Virus record (IMG/VR): IMGVR_UViG_3300037483_001670
Span: 64,001-128,000 of that record
Source of the DNA: a virus
DNA: 64,000 bases
Reading direction: 5' to 3' (one strand)
Each line of letters opens with the position of its first letter. Within the stretch, counting starts at the first letter, position 1. This document shows positions 19,740-29,638 of this stretch, piece after piece. The notes below the pieces were generated by a model. That model was not told the origin of the DNA. It did not search any database and saw only the letters and a list, made by a program, of their open reading frames with translations. A program made the position numbers and the translations under genes.

Positions 19740-20449
19740 TGGCCACGCTCGACGCCGAGATGCCGGTCACCCGCGCGGAGCTCGAAGAGACGCTCCGCGC
19801 GGAGGGCTTTCAGCAGACGTCGCCGCACGTTTGGTGCAGCCAGGACCGCACGAAGTTCGTGTCGTTTCCCGAGGACACGTCGGGCGAGGCCATCTACGGC
19901 GACTCGGAGATCGGCGAGCCGGGCCGAACCATACCCATCGCTGCGGCCCACCGCGTCGTGCGAGGCGAGCTCCTCTTGGACTCGCCGCTCGGCGTCTCGC
20001 CGATGCAGCATCCAGCGGAGCGTGCCCTGAGCGGCCGGGCGCACCGCGAACTGCCGCCAATCATCGAACGGCCGCTTTTGCGATCGAGCCACGTCCGCGT
20101 GCTCTCGTCGTCGAACCCGCCGCCCAACGTCCACGATGCCGAGTTCGTCGAAACTGTCCCCGCGCCCAAGCCCGAGCCAAATCCCGTGGTGGAGGGCATG
20201 ACCTTCGAGCGCGCGGTACAGAGCGAGATGCGCGCACGCATCAGCGAGCTCCAAGCGAGCAAGGGGCGCGTGCACGGCTTTCTCATCGGGATTGTCGCGG
20301 GCGCCCTCGCGCTGACGGCTGCCATTTGGATCGCGTACGGGATCGTCGTCCATCGAACGCCGGAGCGTGACCACGACGTCCTTCTGAGCGGAGCCGTCGT
20401 CGCGACGATCGCGATCATCCTCTACGCTCGCCACTTCCACGATCTCTGA
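19739..20449 (+). CDS. hypothetical membrane protein
   Basis: TAATG overlap; two C-terminal hydrophobic helices. Confidence 0.6.
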   Translation: MATLDAEMPVTRAELEETLRAEGFQQTSPHVWCSQDRTKFVSFPEDTSGEAIYGDSEIGEPGRTIPIAAAHRVVRGELLLDSPLGVSPMQHPAERALSGRAHRELPPIIERPLLRSSHVRVLSSSNPPPNVHDAEFVETVPAPKPEPNPVVEGMTFERAVQSEMRARISELQASKGRVHGFLIGIVAGALALTAAIWIAYGIVVHRTPERDHDVLLSGAVVATIAIILYARHFHDL

Positions 20450-20450
20450 C

Positions 20451-21032
20451 ATGGCGCTCAACGACATCCCTACGCCGATCGCATCGGACACGTCCATTTG
20501 CGTCGACGACGACTGCCCGCTCCCTGAGCACAGCGGCGAGTGCCCGACCGAGCGCACGCTCGAGATGTGGCGCACCGAGGCCCAGCGCTGTCGGGCGATG
20601 ATCGGCCGGCTCCTCAACGATCTCCGCCGCCGGGACGAAATCATCGAAGCGTACCGTCAGAAGACCGACTGTCAGAAGACCGATGCTCCGCGCCTCGGCG
20701 AACTCTGGACCGGTGGCCCCAACAGCTGCAACGCCGGCGCCGAGGTCGTGTTCATCTACATGAACCACAATCCTTACTCGGTCCATGCGGTCGTGAAGCG
20801 CATCAACGGCCCGTGGTCCATGAACCGCGTCGCCTTCTGCGGGTGCGAACCGTACATCGGTCCGATCGGCTGGTCCGGTGCGCCTCCCCCCGACGTGACA
20901 CTCTGTCGCGTTTGCGCCACCCAGGTCGATCTCTGCGCAGATGGAACGTGGCGCGTCAGGACGAACGCACCGTCCCGCATCAACCGACGTTGGACGTACA
21001 CCCCTTCGAGCTCCTTTTACAGGGACGACTGA
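20451..21032 (+). CDS. Cys-rich hypothetical protein
   Basis: Operon context; several Cys clusters. Confidence 0.55.
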   Translation: MALNDIPTPIASDTSICVDDDCPLPEHSGECPTERTLEMWRTEAQRCRAMIGRLLNDLRRRDEIIEAYRQKTDCQKTDAPRLGELWTGGPNSCNAGAEVVFIYMNHNPYSVHAVVKRINGPWSMNRVAFCGCEPYIGPIGWSGAPPPDVTLCRVCATQVDLCADGTWRVRTNAPSRINRRWTYTPSSSFYRDD

Positions 21033-21304
21033 TGCCGAAGAAGACCGACGTCACCAATGAGCTGCTCCAGCTGCGGCACGCCGCCAGGGCCGTGCTCCGC
21101 TACCTCGACGGACCCGACAATGGTCATTGCCGCGCGTGCCAAGCGTTCATCGGAGAATGCCGGCCGTCGTGCGTGCTGTGGAAGATCCGCGTAGCCACCG
21201 GTCGACTCAAGTGCAAGCACGAGAACGGCACGTACCGCGGCGACATGTTGATGCACTGCTCCGATTGCGGGGCGCGCGACTTGAGAGGAAGCAATACCCC
21301 ATGA
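21032..21304 (+). CDS. small Zn-binding hypothetical protein
   Basis: TGATG overlap; CRAC, CKH..CSDCG. Confidence 0.55.
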   Translation: MPKKTDVTNELLQLRHAARAVLRYLDGPDNGHCRACQAFIGECRPSCVLWKIRVATGRLKCKHENGTYRGDMLMHCSDCGARDLRGSNTP

Positions 21305-22692
21305 AACGGCTTGAGCCTCGCGACTACCAACATACCGGCGTTGTCAGCACCATAGCCTACCTAAAAAAACGCAAGAACGTCTTGCTTGTCTCGCCTGGCG
21401 GAAGCGGCAAAACGGTGATGATCGCCATGCTCGCCGCGAGGTTGCGCAAGATGCACCTCCGCGTCCTCATCTTGGCCCAGCGCCGCGAGCTCATCCAACA
21501 GGCCTACCGCCACCTGCAAGGCATCGGACTACCTGACAACACGTTTGGGGTCATCATGACCAGCCCGGACGAAGACCACATCCGACCGGGTGCTCCTATT
21601 CAGATCGGAAGCAAGCAGCTTTTCGACTGCCGCACCGATCTGCCGACGTACGACGTTGTCCTCGTCGACGAAGGCCACCACGTCACCGCTCCAGGCTACC
21701 AGCGCATCGTTATGCGCAAGGGCGTCCTCCGCGTTGGCTTCACTGCCACGCCCGAGCGATACGACGGCGCCGGGCTCAGCGCCTTTTACGATGTGATGAT
21801 CGAAACCGCCAAACCACGCGAACTCGTCGATCGTGGCTACTTGGCTCGCCCGCGCATTTTCACAACGCTCGACGAGCTCCTACCGGATCTCTCCGAGCTG
21901 CGCCCCACGGTCAACGGTGATTACGCCGTCTACCGGCTCGGCCACCTGGTCGACAAGGGCGTCCTCCTGGGCAACATCGTGGACAACTACGCGCTACACG
22001 CCAGCGGCCTCTCCATGAGCGTCCACGCCACAAACGTCGCGCATTCGCGCCATCTAGTCGATCGCTTTGTTGGGAGTGGCGTAACCGCAGCTCACATCGA
22101 TGGCGACACGTCGGTCACCGATCGAGATCGCATCGTGCGACTTGCTCGGCAACGCCGCATTCTAATTCTGTCGAGCTGCATGGTGTTCAGCGAAGGAATC
22201 TCGCTTCGCGAGTTTCAAGGAACCATCATGGCCCGGCCAACGCGCAGTCTGACGCTCTACATGCAGCAAGCCAATCGCGCGATGCACCACAAGGGCAAAG
22301 ACCGGCCCATTATTCTGGACCACGCTCGCAACGTGCTGTACCACGGCCGCCCCGATGCCGACCGCGAGTTCACCCTCGAAGATGGACAGGTGAAACCGCA
22401 AAGCAAGGCAAAACACCCACCCGTGAAGGTCTGCGGTGAGTGTAACGCCGTCAACCTGCCCAGCGCCACCGCGTGCGAAGAGTGTGAACATCCATTTCAT
22501 GCGTCGACCATCCCCCAGGAAACGGACGCCGTCCTGAGGGAGATGACGTTGGCGGAGGTTCGGAAACTGAAGAAGCGTCTCGCTGCTTACGGCAAAAAGC
22601 AGGGATGGTCTGCCACGCACGTCGCGACGTGGGTCAACAAAGTCCTGAAACAATGGTGGTCCGAGCGAGGGCTCACCCCCATGCAGACGTAA
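21301..22692 (+). CDS. SF2 (DEAH/ResIII-like) helicase with C-terminal Zn ribbon
   Basis: GGSGKT, VDEGHH, FTATPER, RPTRSL.LYMQQ..R, LDH..N, CGEC..CEEC. Confidence 0.9.
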   Translation: MKRLEPRDYQHTGVVSTIAYLKKRKNVLLVSPGGSGKTVMIAMLAARLRKMHLRVLILAQRRELIQQAYRHLQGIGLPDNTFGVIMTSPDEDHIRPGAPIQIGSKQLFDCRTDLPTYDVVLVDEGHHVTAPGYQRIVMRKGVLRVGFTATPERYDGAGLSAFYDVMIETAKPRELVDRGYLARPRIFTTLDELLPDLSELRPTVNGDYAVYRLGHLVDKGVLLGNIVDNYALHASGLSMSVHATNVAHSRHLVDRFVGSGVTAAHIDGDTSVTDRDRIVRLARQRRILILSSCMVFSEGISLREFQGTIMARPTRSLTLYMQQANRAMHHKGKDRPIILDHARNVLYHGRPDADREFTLEDGQVKPQSKAKHPPVKVCGECNAVNLPSATACEECEHPFHASTIPQETDAVLREMTLAEVRKLKKRLAAYGKKQGWSATHVATWVNKVLKQWWSERGLTPMQT

Positions 22693-24026
22693 ACGTGGCC
22701 GCCGCCAAGTCGCTCGGCTATGGACCTAGGCCCATTTGCAAGGTTAAGCATTGGCGTTTGGTGAGCCCAGTACCATCAGGCCGCCGATATGGAAGCCAGT
22801 GTACGTACACCTGGCGATGCTCGCGATGCGACGCAACGCATGAGCTGACCCTCGGCGCTGCGCGTGGCAATCGCTGCCCAACCTGCGTCCGTCGTCAGAT
22901 CGACAACAAAGTACCGAAACGAATTGGCACATTCGTATTAATCGACCGCGCAAGCGTTCCGCGAACGCTACCGAACGGCCGACGCCAACGCGTGTGGAAA
23001 TGGCGTTGCGACCAATGTCACCGCATCAGCCTTAGCACCGTCACTTACAGGAAACTCCGCAGGTGTGCTTGCACCGTCGGGCCTCCTCGGCCACCGTCGC
23101 GCATCGGCACCTACGCATTGGACAGCACCACACCAGCCAACAGGAAGCATGGAGCTGCCCTTTACCGGTGGACGTGCACCGTTTGCAATTCCACAATCGT
23201 CTGCAACACGAGCCGCGCCAGAGAAGGATGCACACTCTGTCGATCGCGCCAGCGTATCAAGGCGCAGCTGTCAGATGCCTCCGGCTCGTCTTTACTGCGG
23301 CTCGTATCGGACGTTCCTGAGCGCACCACTTCGCGTTTGGTGGTTTTCACCTATCAATGCAAGGCTTGCGGTAGGTATAAGAAACAAACACCACGCGACA
23401 CGCGCGCAGGTGTAGGCTGCCGGTCGTGCAGGGGCGCGCACAGAGTAACCATCGCCGACCACGCGACGCCGCTCCCGTTGGCCGCTAAACTATTCGGCCT
23501 CGCACGTGGTGTTGTGTCGTGCCGTGCACGCAAGGGCCTACTTGGAATGAGCTTACTAATGCCGCTGACTCGCTCGAAAACTATCGTGCATGCTCCGCGC
23601 ACCGGCAGCTACAACATCGCAGGCCACAACCTAACCATCAATGCCATCGGCAACCTGTTCGACGTTCGTCCAGAAACCATGGCCAGTAGAGTCCGCCGAG
23701 GCATGTCGCCGCTGCAAGCTGCTACTGCGGTTCACCACAAAATGTTTAGAGGTGAGCGGCCCAAGCTTTCCGCCACGCCCGATGCAACGCTGGCAGGTGC
23801 GATCACGAAACGCCTAACCAAGTTTGCGCTCACTGTTGGGCTGTCTCAGAATTGGGTACGGACGACCATGGAGCAGTGGTGGACCGAACGACGTCGGCGG
23901 ACCGCCCTGGCCAGGCGCGCCAAGGAGGACAAGAGGAACGCTGCACGACGTGCTCGAGCTGCTCGCCGCCGAGCGCAACGGACGGCAGCGCGACTCGTGA
24001 TCTACAAGTCGGAGCGCCACACTTGA
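22605..24026 (+). CDS. multi-Zn-ribbon and HTH-repeat DNA-binding protein (true start probably downstream of 22692)
   Basis: Four W/YxCxxC...CxxC units, two HEG-type HTH segments; more A/T-rich than its flanks. Confidence 0.6.
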   Translation: MVCHARRDVGQQSPETMVVRARAHPHADVNVAAAKSLGYGPRPICKVKHWRLVSPVPSGRRYGSQCTYTWRCSRCDATHELTLGAARGNRCPTCVRRQIDNKVPKRIGTFVLIDRASVPRTLPNGRRQRVWKWRCDQCHRISLSTVTYRKLRRCACTVGPPRPPSRIGTYALDSTTPANRKHGAALYRWTCTVCNSTIVCNTSRAREGCTLCRSRQRIKAQLSDASGSSLLRLVSDVPERTTSRLVVFTYQCKACGRYKKQTPRDTRAGVGCRSCRGAHRVTIADHATPLPLAAKLFGLARGVVSCRARKGLLGMSLLMPLTRSKTIVHAPRTGSYNIAGHNLTINAIGNLFDVRPETMASRVRRGMSPLQAATAVHHKMFRGERPKLSATPDATLAGAITKRLTKFALTVGLSQNWVRTTMEQWWTERRRRTALARRAKEDKRNAARRARAARRRAQRTAARLVIYKSERHT

Positions 24027-24084
24027 GCCGCAATAACGGCCACCTTTTCCCTTAGGCCTCACTTCGACTAGACTGTCAGAACGG

Positions 24085-27000
24085 ATGACCGCTGCCCTCG
24101 CCACCGTTCCCGCCGAGCTCCACGGCCGCGCGCAGTTCGCACTGACGCAGATCGCCGAGGCGTGGCGCCGCGACACCCACGGGACGCAGTACGTCGAGGC
24201 CCTGAAGACGTTCCTCTTCGGCCTGCCGAGCCGCAACACACGCGCGCAATACAGCCGATCGATCAACGAGTTTTTCGAGTGGTACGAGCGCGAGAAGGGG
24301 CGCATTCCGGTCCCGGGCGAGGTCCGGCGAGAGGACGCGATCAAGTACGCCGATTGGCTCCGCACCCGCACCGTCGGGCTCGAGGAGCATCGTCTCAAGA
24401 AGGACACGACCCGCCGGCTCGATCTCGCGATCTACCGCCTCGTGAAAGCGTCGCCCGGCATCCGCGTTGACACGATCCGCGGCCACCTCCTCGCCAGCCC
24501 CGAGTTCACGGTGCTCGCCAAGATGCGGCCGAACGCGGCGGCCGCGTCGCTCGATCGCGTGCTCAAGATCGAAGAAGCCAGCCCCGACGGGCTCGATCGG
24601 CACCTCGGCTGCCTCGTCTCCATGCGCGTGCTCGAGCGCTCGCCGTCGATCGACGACATCCGAATGGGCCGCTTCATCGTGCCCGGGCTCGACATACCGA
24701 GCCGGGCGCAGATCGAGTTCCGCGTGCCCGAGATGACGTTCGCATACCGCGTCGCGGCCCACGATGAGCCGACGGGTGCAGGGCGCGCGAGCACGATCAA
24801 GATCCGCCTCACGGCGCTGAAAAGCTTCTGGAGCTACCTCATTCGGTCCGGCGAAAACGTGCGCGGGATGACCGATCCGCTCCTGAAATACAACATCTGG
24901 GAAGCCGGCACGGCGCAAGCCTCCAGGGAAGCGAAGGCGCAGCAAGCCGTGAGCCGGTCGCTGAAAACGCCGGACATGGAGATCTTCAATCGCCTGCTCG
25001 GCACGACGTACCGAACGAGCAGCGAAGATGGAATGGTGCTGCCGTCGCGCGATCTCGAGGACATCCGCGACCGCGCGATCCTGCTCTTTCTCCTCTACAT
25101 CGCGAGCCGGGCCGAGGAGCTCGTCACGATCCAGCGAACGGACGTCGTGTGGGGTCCCGAGCCGCTCGTGTCGATCCTCGGCAAGGGGCAAAAGAAGCGC
25201 CTCGTGCGCATCCCGGACCCGGCCTACCAAGCGGTGCTCGATCTCACCGCCAAGCTCGAGGAGCTAGCCGACCAGGCCGAGCGCTCGCGCCCGACCGAGA
25301 TCGCTCCCGCGCGGCGCCTACTCGCCCCCGACGCGCCTCTCTTTCCGCCGACGTCGCGCTGGGGATGCAACGCCGACATCAACCGAAGGAAAGAGCTGCC
25401 TCCGATCCTGCCGGCGCTCGATCGCACGGCCATCTACAAGATGCTGCACCGGCGCGCGGAAGAGACCGGTTTTGCGCGCGGATCGCACGAGTTCACGCGG
25501 TCGCACCCGCACGGCTTCCGGCATCTCGCCGCCCAGCTCGCGCGCGACGCCGGCACCCCCCTTCCCATCATCCAGGCCGTGCTCGGCCATTCCTCCCTTT
25601 CGACCACCGGCACCTACACCGAAGCGCGCGACCCGAACAGCGTGATCCTCTTCGGTTGGAGCCCCCCCCAGATCGTCGGCGGGTCGCCCGCTGCTCCACC
25701 CGGCGCGCCCATTCCGCCGCCCACGGCGCGCCCAATTGTCACTCCGGCACCTCCGACACCCGAGCGCCCGCGCCCCCCCGTGAAGGTCGTTCAGACGGTC
25801 GGAACGCCGGTTCCGGAGCCCATCCCCGCCGCGCGTCCGCCGGCTCCCCATGACTGGCCCGTCGCGCTGCCGCCGCCTCCTCCGCTGCCTCCGGATCCGG
25901 AGCCCATGCCCGACGTCGCGCCACCGCCGGAGGAGCGCCTGGTCGCCGTCGGAGCCACGCCTGAATCGCTCTTCGAGGAGGACCAGCGCCGCACCGCGGC
26001 CGAGCTCGATCGCATCTACGAGACCAACTGGGGCGAGGCCCGTGGCGGCGAGCAACTGCGCACCGGCAAGAAAGTCCCGGGCGACGAGGCCTACGACACG
26101 CTCATCCGCACGACGGCGGGGCGGCGCTCGGGGCTCGTGTGGTGGGCGGGCCCGACGGGACGCCTTCAGCTCAGCATGCCGGTGATGTCGCCCGGCCAGG
26201 TTATCGGCGAGGAGACCGTGTACGGCTCGGTTCGGGAGCGGCTCGGCGAGCTCTGGACGCATTGGATGGATCTCGACGACGACGCCCGCGGGCCGACGGC
26301 CGCGTTCGCGCTCCTCGCATGGGTGCGCGATGCGCTCGAGGTCTCCTACGACGTCGCGAGCGAAGTCGAGGTCCGCCAGGGCGAGTGGATCGGCTACCTT
26401 GCCCCCATCGAAGCGACCGCGCGCACCACCGGCAAACGGCGCATCTTTCGGGAGCACCGCGACGATCGCATTGCTGACTGGTTCGGAACGACGGCGTGGC
26501 AGCATCGGATCTCCCGAGGCCGAACGGCCACCGGGGGGCGCCCTCCGCGCGTCGTTGACACCGTGCTCGACGTCCCAGCGTGGTACCAGCTCGCCGATCC
26601 GCTCGCCGAGCTCAGCGACGCCGACCGACGCGATCTGTTCGACTGGATCCGCGTGCTCACCGGCCGGCCCCCCGTCGATCCGACCGTCCGCTACAAGGGC
26701 GCATCTCGCAAGGACATCGGAGGCCTCATCGGCCTCATGTGCACCTACGACGCGAATCGCGCCGAGCTCCGCCGCGCGCAGCACGCCGGCGAGCGCGAGG
26801 CCCTGCGCGATCTGAAGCACAGCGTCGAGCAGGATCGCGAGGCCGTGAACCTGGTCGTGCAGAGCATGCGCAACCTGAAGTTCGACATCCGCGCGGCCGT
26901 CGACGAACGCGTGCAAGGCACCCGTCAACGGATGGAATCCGAGTCCATCCGCAAGGCGGCCGGCGAAGAGGACGACGACGAGAGCTCACCGCGGGAGCGC

Positions 27001-27717
27001 CGTGAGGGCAACCGCAAGTTCTACCTGCGGGTCATCGGTGATCTGTTCGGGCCCGAGGCGGCCGCGGACGACATCCTCGCCCTCTTCGCGTACTGCAACC
27101 AGGAGGATGCCCCCCTTTCCGGCTGGCTGTATCCCCAACTTTTTCACATCCAGGGGAAAACGATCGTGCACTCGCCCGAGTTCGCGAAACAGTTCGCGCG
27201 CGAAACCGGCGGGGCGCACAGCGAGTGCGTGGCCCGCCGGATGGCCCGCGAGCTCTGGGAGCTCCGGCAGAAGCAGCGCGAGGCCGAGATCGCCGGCAGC
27301 ACCGCGCCGCGCCTCATCCAGCGCCCGGACGAGCTCCTCGAGTGGCTCCACGCGATGGCGTTCTTCAAGATCCCGTGTCCCCGCGAGCTCGAGACGGAGC
27401 TCCGCGAGCGCATCGCCGATCGCACGCCGGTGCCGGTCTACGAGGAATGGCAGCGCTGGCGCCAGCAGATCGAAGAGCGGTTCAGCAAGGAACGCTCGGC
27501 CGTGCGCGCCGCACGCGCGCAGGAGCAGACCCGCCACGTCGGCATCCTGGAAGAGTTTGGTGAGGCGGCCGAGAAGTACCGCGAGGCCGTCCAGCGCGAC
27601 GCCCGCGCCACCGAGTTCGAGCCGAATGCGCGCGCGAAGGAGTACCGCTACCAGCCCAACATGCGCCGGTTCGTGCCGAGCCCCGTCGCGCTCCTCTTCT
27701 GCGTCTACGCGAGATAA
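24085..27717 (+). CDS. giant tyrosine recombinase (1210 aa)
   Basis: Catalytic set R342 (ASRAEEL), K367, H476-x-x-R479 (PHGFRH), H502 (LGH), Y511; about 700 aa follow the catalytic Tyr. Confidence 0.9.
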   Translation: MTAALATVPAELHGRAQFALTQIAEAWRRDTHGTQYVEALKTFLFGLPSRNTRAQYSRSINEFFEWYEREKGRIPVPGEVRREDAIKYADWLRTRTVGLEEHRLKKDTTRRLDLAIYRLVKASPGIRVDTIRGHLLASPEFTVLAKMRPNAAAASLDRVLKIEEASPDGLDRHLGCLVSMRVLERSPSIDDIRMGRFIVPGLDIPSRAQIEFRVPEMTFAYRVAAHDEPTGAGRASTIKIRLTALKSFWSYLIRSGENVRGMTDPLLKYNIWEAGTAQASREAKAQQAVSRSLKTPDMEIFNRLLGTTYRTSSEDGMVLPSRDLEDIRDRAILLFLLYIASRAEELVTIQRTDVVWGPEPLVSILGKGQKKRLVRIPDPAYQAVLDLTAKLEELADQAERSRPTEIAPARRLLAPDAPLFPPTSRWGCNADINRRKELPPILPALDRTAIYKMLHRRAEETGFARGSHEFTRSHPHGFRHLAAQLARDAGTPLPIIQAVLGHSSLSTTGTYTEARDPNSVILFGWSPPQIVGGSPAAPPGAPIPPPTARPIVTPAPPTPERPRPPVKVVQTVGTPVPEPIPAARPPAPHDWPVALPPPPPLPPDPEPMPDVAPPPEERLVAVGATPESLFEEDQRRTAAELDRIYETNWGEARGGEQLRTGKKVPGDEAYDTLIRTTAGRRSGLVWWAGPTGRLQLSMPVMSPGQVIGEETVYGSVRERLGELWTHWMDLDDDARGPTAAFALLAWVRDALEVSYDVASEVEVRQGEWIGYLAPIEATARTTGKRRIFREHRDDRIADWFGTTAWQHRISRGRTATGGRPPRVVDTVLDVPAWYQLADPLAELSDADRRDLFDWIRVLTGRPPVDPTVRYKGASRKDIGGLIGLMCTYDANRAELRRAQHAGEREALRDLKHSVEQDREAVNLVVQSMRNLKFDIRAAVDERVQGTRQRMESESIRKAAGEEDDDESSPRERREGNRKFYLRVIGDLFGPEAAADDILALFAYCNQEDAPLSGWLYPQLFHIQGKTIVHSPEFAKQFARETGGAHSECVARRMARELWELRQKQREAEIAGSTAPRLIQRPDELLEWLHAMAFFKIPCPRELETELRERIADRTPVPVYEEWQRWRQQIEERFSKERSAVRAARAQEQTRHVGILEEFGEAAEKYREAVQRDARATEFEPNARAKEYRYQPNMRRFVPSPVALLFCVYAR

Positions 27718-27725
27718 CCCCCGCC

Positions 27726-28160
27726 ATGTCTGCTGTGTTCATTAAGCCGTTCAAGGAACTCACGCCAAGTGAAGTTGTGCAACTGAAGCGGTTGACACGC
27801 ACAAAAGGCTCGATGAGGGCCGAACTTTCGATCGGCAGAAAACCTCACGAGAAACAGGAATTTACCGCTGTTTTTTACAAAGTACGCAACCAGATCGTTG
27901 CTTGGTGGAGCGTCGCTAAGGCACCCAAAGGAACGGTCTTCGTCAATGCCTTCACGCACCACATGTATCGAGGCAAAGGGATCGCGCAGGATCTCGGACG
28001 ATGTGTGATCACTTGGGTAGCTCGACAATACGGCAAGGGAACCCAATTGGTGGCGTACCCGTACGACGACGCCGGCGCGAACCTCTACAAACGTCTCGGG
28101 TACACCCCCGATCCGAACGGAAGGACTTGGTCTCGTTTGACCAGTGGGGCACACACGTGA
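27726..28160 (+). CDS. GNAT-family acetyltransferase
   Basis: HMYRGKGIA acetyl-CoA motif, ANLYKRLGY. Confidence 0.75.
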   Translation: MSAVFIKPFKELTPSEVVQLKRLTRTKGSMRAELSIGRKPHEKQEFTAVFYKVRNQIVAWWSVAKAPKGTVFVNAFTHHMYRGKGIAQDLGRCVITWVARQYGKGTQLVAYPYDDAGANLYKRLGYTPDPNGRTWSRLTSGAHT

Positions 28161-28390
28161 GAGCGCTCACCCTCATCGCCGCCATGGTCCCCGCTGCCAC
28201 GCCGGCCGCCGCCGTCACGCAACCGAACGTGAAAGACCCGATGGCGCCCGAGCTCCCGACGCTGGTCAAGAAAAACAAGATGCGCGTCGGCTGGGTCACT
28301 GGCGGCACTGGGCCGAAGCACCGGTCGAAGCAGGAACGCAACCAGCGCAAGGCCGTGCGCCGCGCCCGTGCCCGCAACACGAAACGGTAG
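28157..28390 (+). CDS. small basic hypothetical protein
   Basis: GTGA overlap. Confidence 0.45.
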   Translation: MRALTLIAAMVPAATPAAAVTQPNVKDPMAPELPTLVKKNKMRVGWVTGGTGPKHRSKQERNQRKAVRRARARNTKR

Positions 28391-28395
28391 CAGCG

Positions 28396-28887
28396 ATGCA
28401 CGCGAGCAAACGGCACCTGCGTATCTACCAGTTCGATGACTACGGCACCGAGATCGATCCGGCGCCGTTCAGCACGGCGTACATGCCGGCCACCCGCATG
28501 CCCTTCAACCGACGGCTCCGCGCGAGCGATTACTGTTCGCTCACGCACCAGCTCCGCCAGCAGCTCGCCGTCCACCTCGCCCTCCGCGAAGCGAAGCGCA
28601 AAAAGCCGCTCTACTGGGGCGTATTCGTGGTGGTCTGCCCCGATCGCAGCCGGGCCGCGTACCGCTCGAAGCGAGCCAAAACGCCGGGGCTCCAAGCGCG
28701 ACTCGTTCCTGGCAACGCCTACCTCGGTTCGTACGCCGCGATTTCGCCGCTCGGTAAGATCGTCGCCGGTGACGTCATGGCCCCCCGTCTGCGGCAGGCC
28801 GTCGCCGAGGCCGAGGGGATGATCCGCGAGGTCATGATGCGCAAGCCCGGCGAGCACGACAAGCGCTTCTTGCTCAGCCGTCGCTGA
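28396..28887 (+). CDS. hypothetical protein
   Basis: Operon context; start revised from the ORF track. Confidence 0.5.
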   Translation: MHASKRHLRIYQFDDYGTEIDPAPFSTAYMPATRMPFNRRLRASDYCSLTHQLRQQLAVHLALREAKRKKPLYWGVFVVVCPDRSRAAYRSKRAKTPGLQARLVPGNAYLGSYAAISPLGKIVAGDVMAPRLRQAVAEAEGMIREVMMRKPGEHDKRFLLSRR

Positions 28888-29177
28888 TTCAGCCCGGCGT
28901 CATCGAGCAATCGTCGTCGACGTCTAGCGCTGCGGCTGTGGCAAGAACCCGGGCAGCGTCGGCTGATCGATCGACGCGCCCGTGGTCGCAAATTCGCAGC
29001 CGGCCTTGTGGAACGCCTGTTTTTTGCACCGATTCCAGAACCGCTTGTACGTCGTCGGGCAGATGCTGATCTTCATGCGCGGGCAGAAGCCATCGTCAAA
29101 AATCGCCTCCGGCGGCGCCGGATCGGCCACGACCGGCGGTGGATCGTCGATGTAGTCGTCCGGGTTCCACGGCTCTT

Positions 29178-29423
29178 CTAGAGGAATTTCTCCGGATCCC
29201 ACGGCTCTGTCTCCGGCTCGGGGGCCTGCTTCGAGTTGATGATGCTCCCGAGCATCGCATGGAGCCGCAGAACGTCGCCACCACCTTTCAGACCCACGAA
29301 AAGGGTATGCCCGTCCGCCATCCGAAACTCGACGGCCCACTCGATCTCCGTCTTGTCGCGCATCCGCCGCCGCGTCACGCGGGCCGGCTCCACAAGGCGG
29401 ATCACGTGGTCGCCTGGCTTCAC
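29178..29423 (-). CDS. hypothetical protein
   Basis: Coupled overlap with the upstream gene. Confidence 0.5.
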   Translation of the reverse strand: MKPGDHVIRLVEPARVTRRRMRDKTEIEWAVEFRMADGHTLFVGLKGGGDVLRLHAMLGSIINSKQAPEPETEPWDPEKFL

Positions 29424-29617
29424 GGAGACTGCTGCTTCATCTGCTTGGCTCGCTCGACAGCAGCGCGCTGCGTCTCCGCAGACTCGGCAAACTTCGCGAT
29501 GAGCTTCGGGAGCACCTCAGCTCCGTAGGCCTTCAGGTCCGCCGCCAGCGCCGCCTGCTCGAGCGGCGTAAAGCGGGAGGCCAGTTGCGTGTACAGCTCG
29601 AGCGCTCGCTGGTTCAT
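29420..29617 (-). CDS. hypothetical protein
   Basis: AAAAGG RBS. Confidence 0.55.
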   Translation of the reverse strand: MNQRALELYTQLASRFTPLEQAALAADLKAYGAEVLPKLIAKFAESAETQRAAVERAKQMKQQSP

Positions 29618-29638
29618 TTGCAGCCCTTTCCTTTTCCA

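Noticed and set aside
25670-25930. Pro-rich stretch as a DNA repeat element
   Set aside because: It is a low-complexity protein linker within the recombinase ORF.
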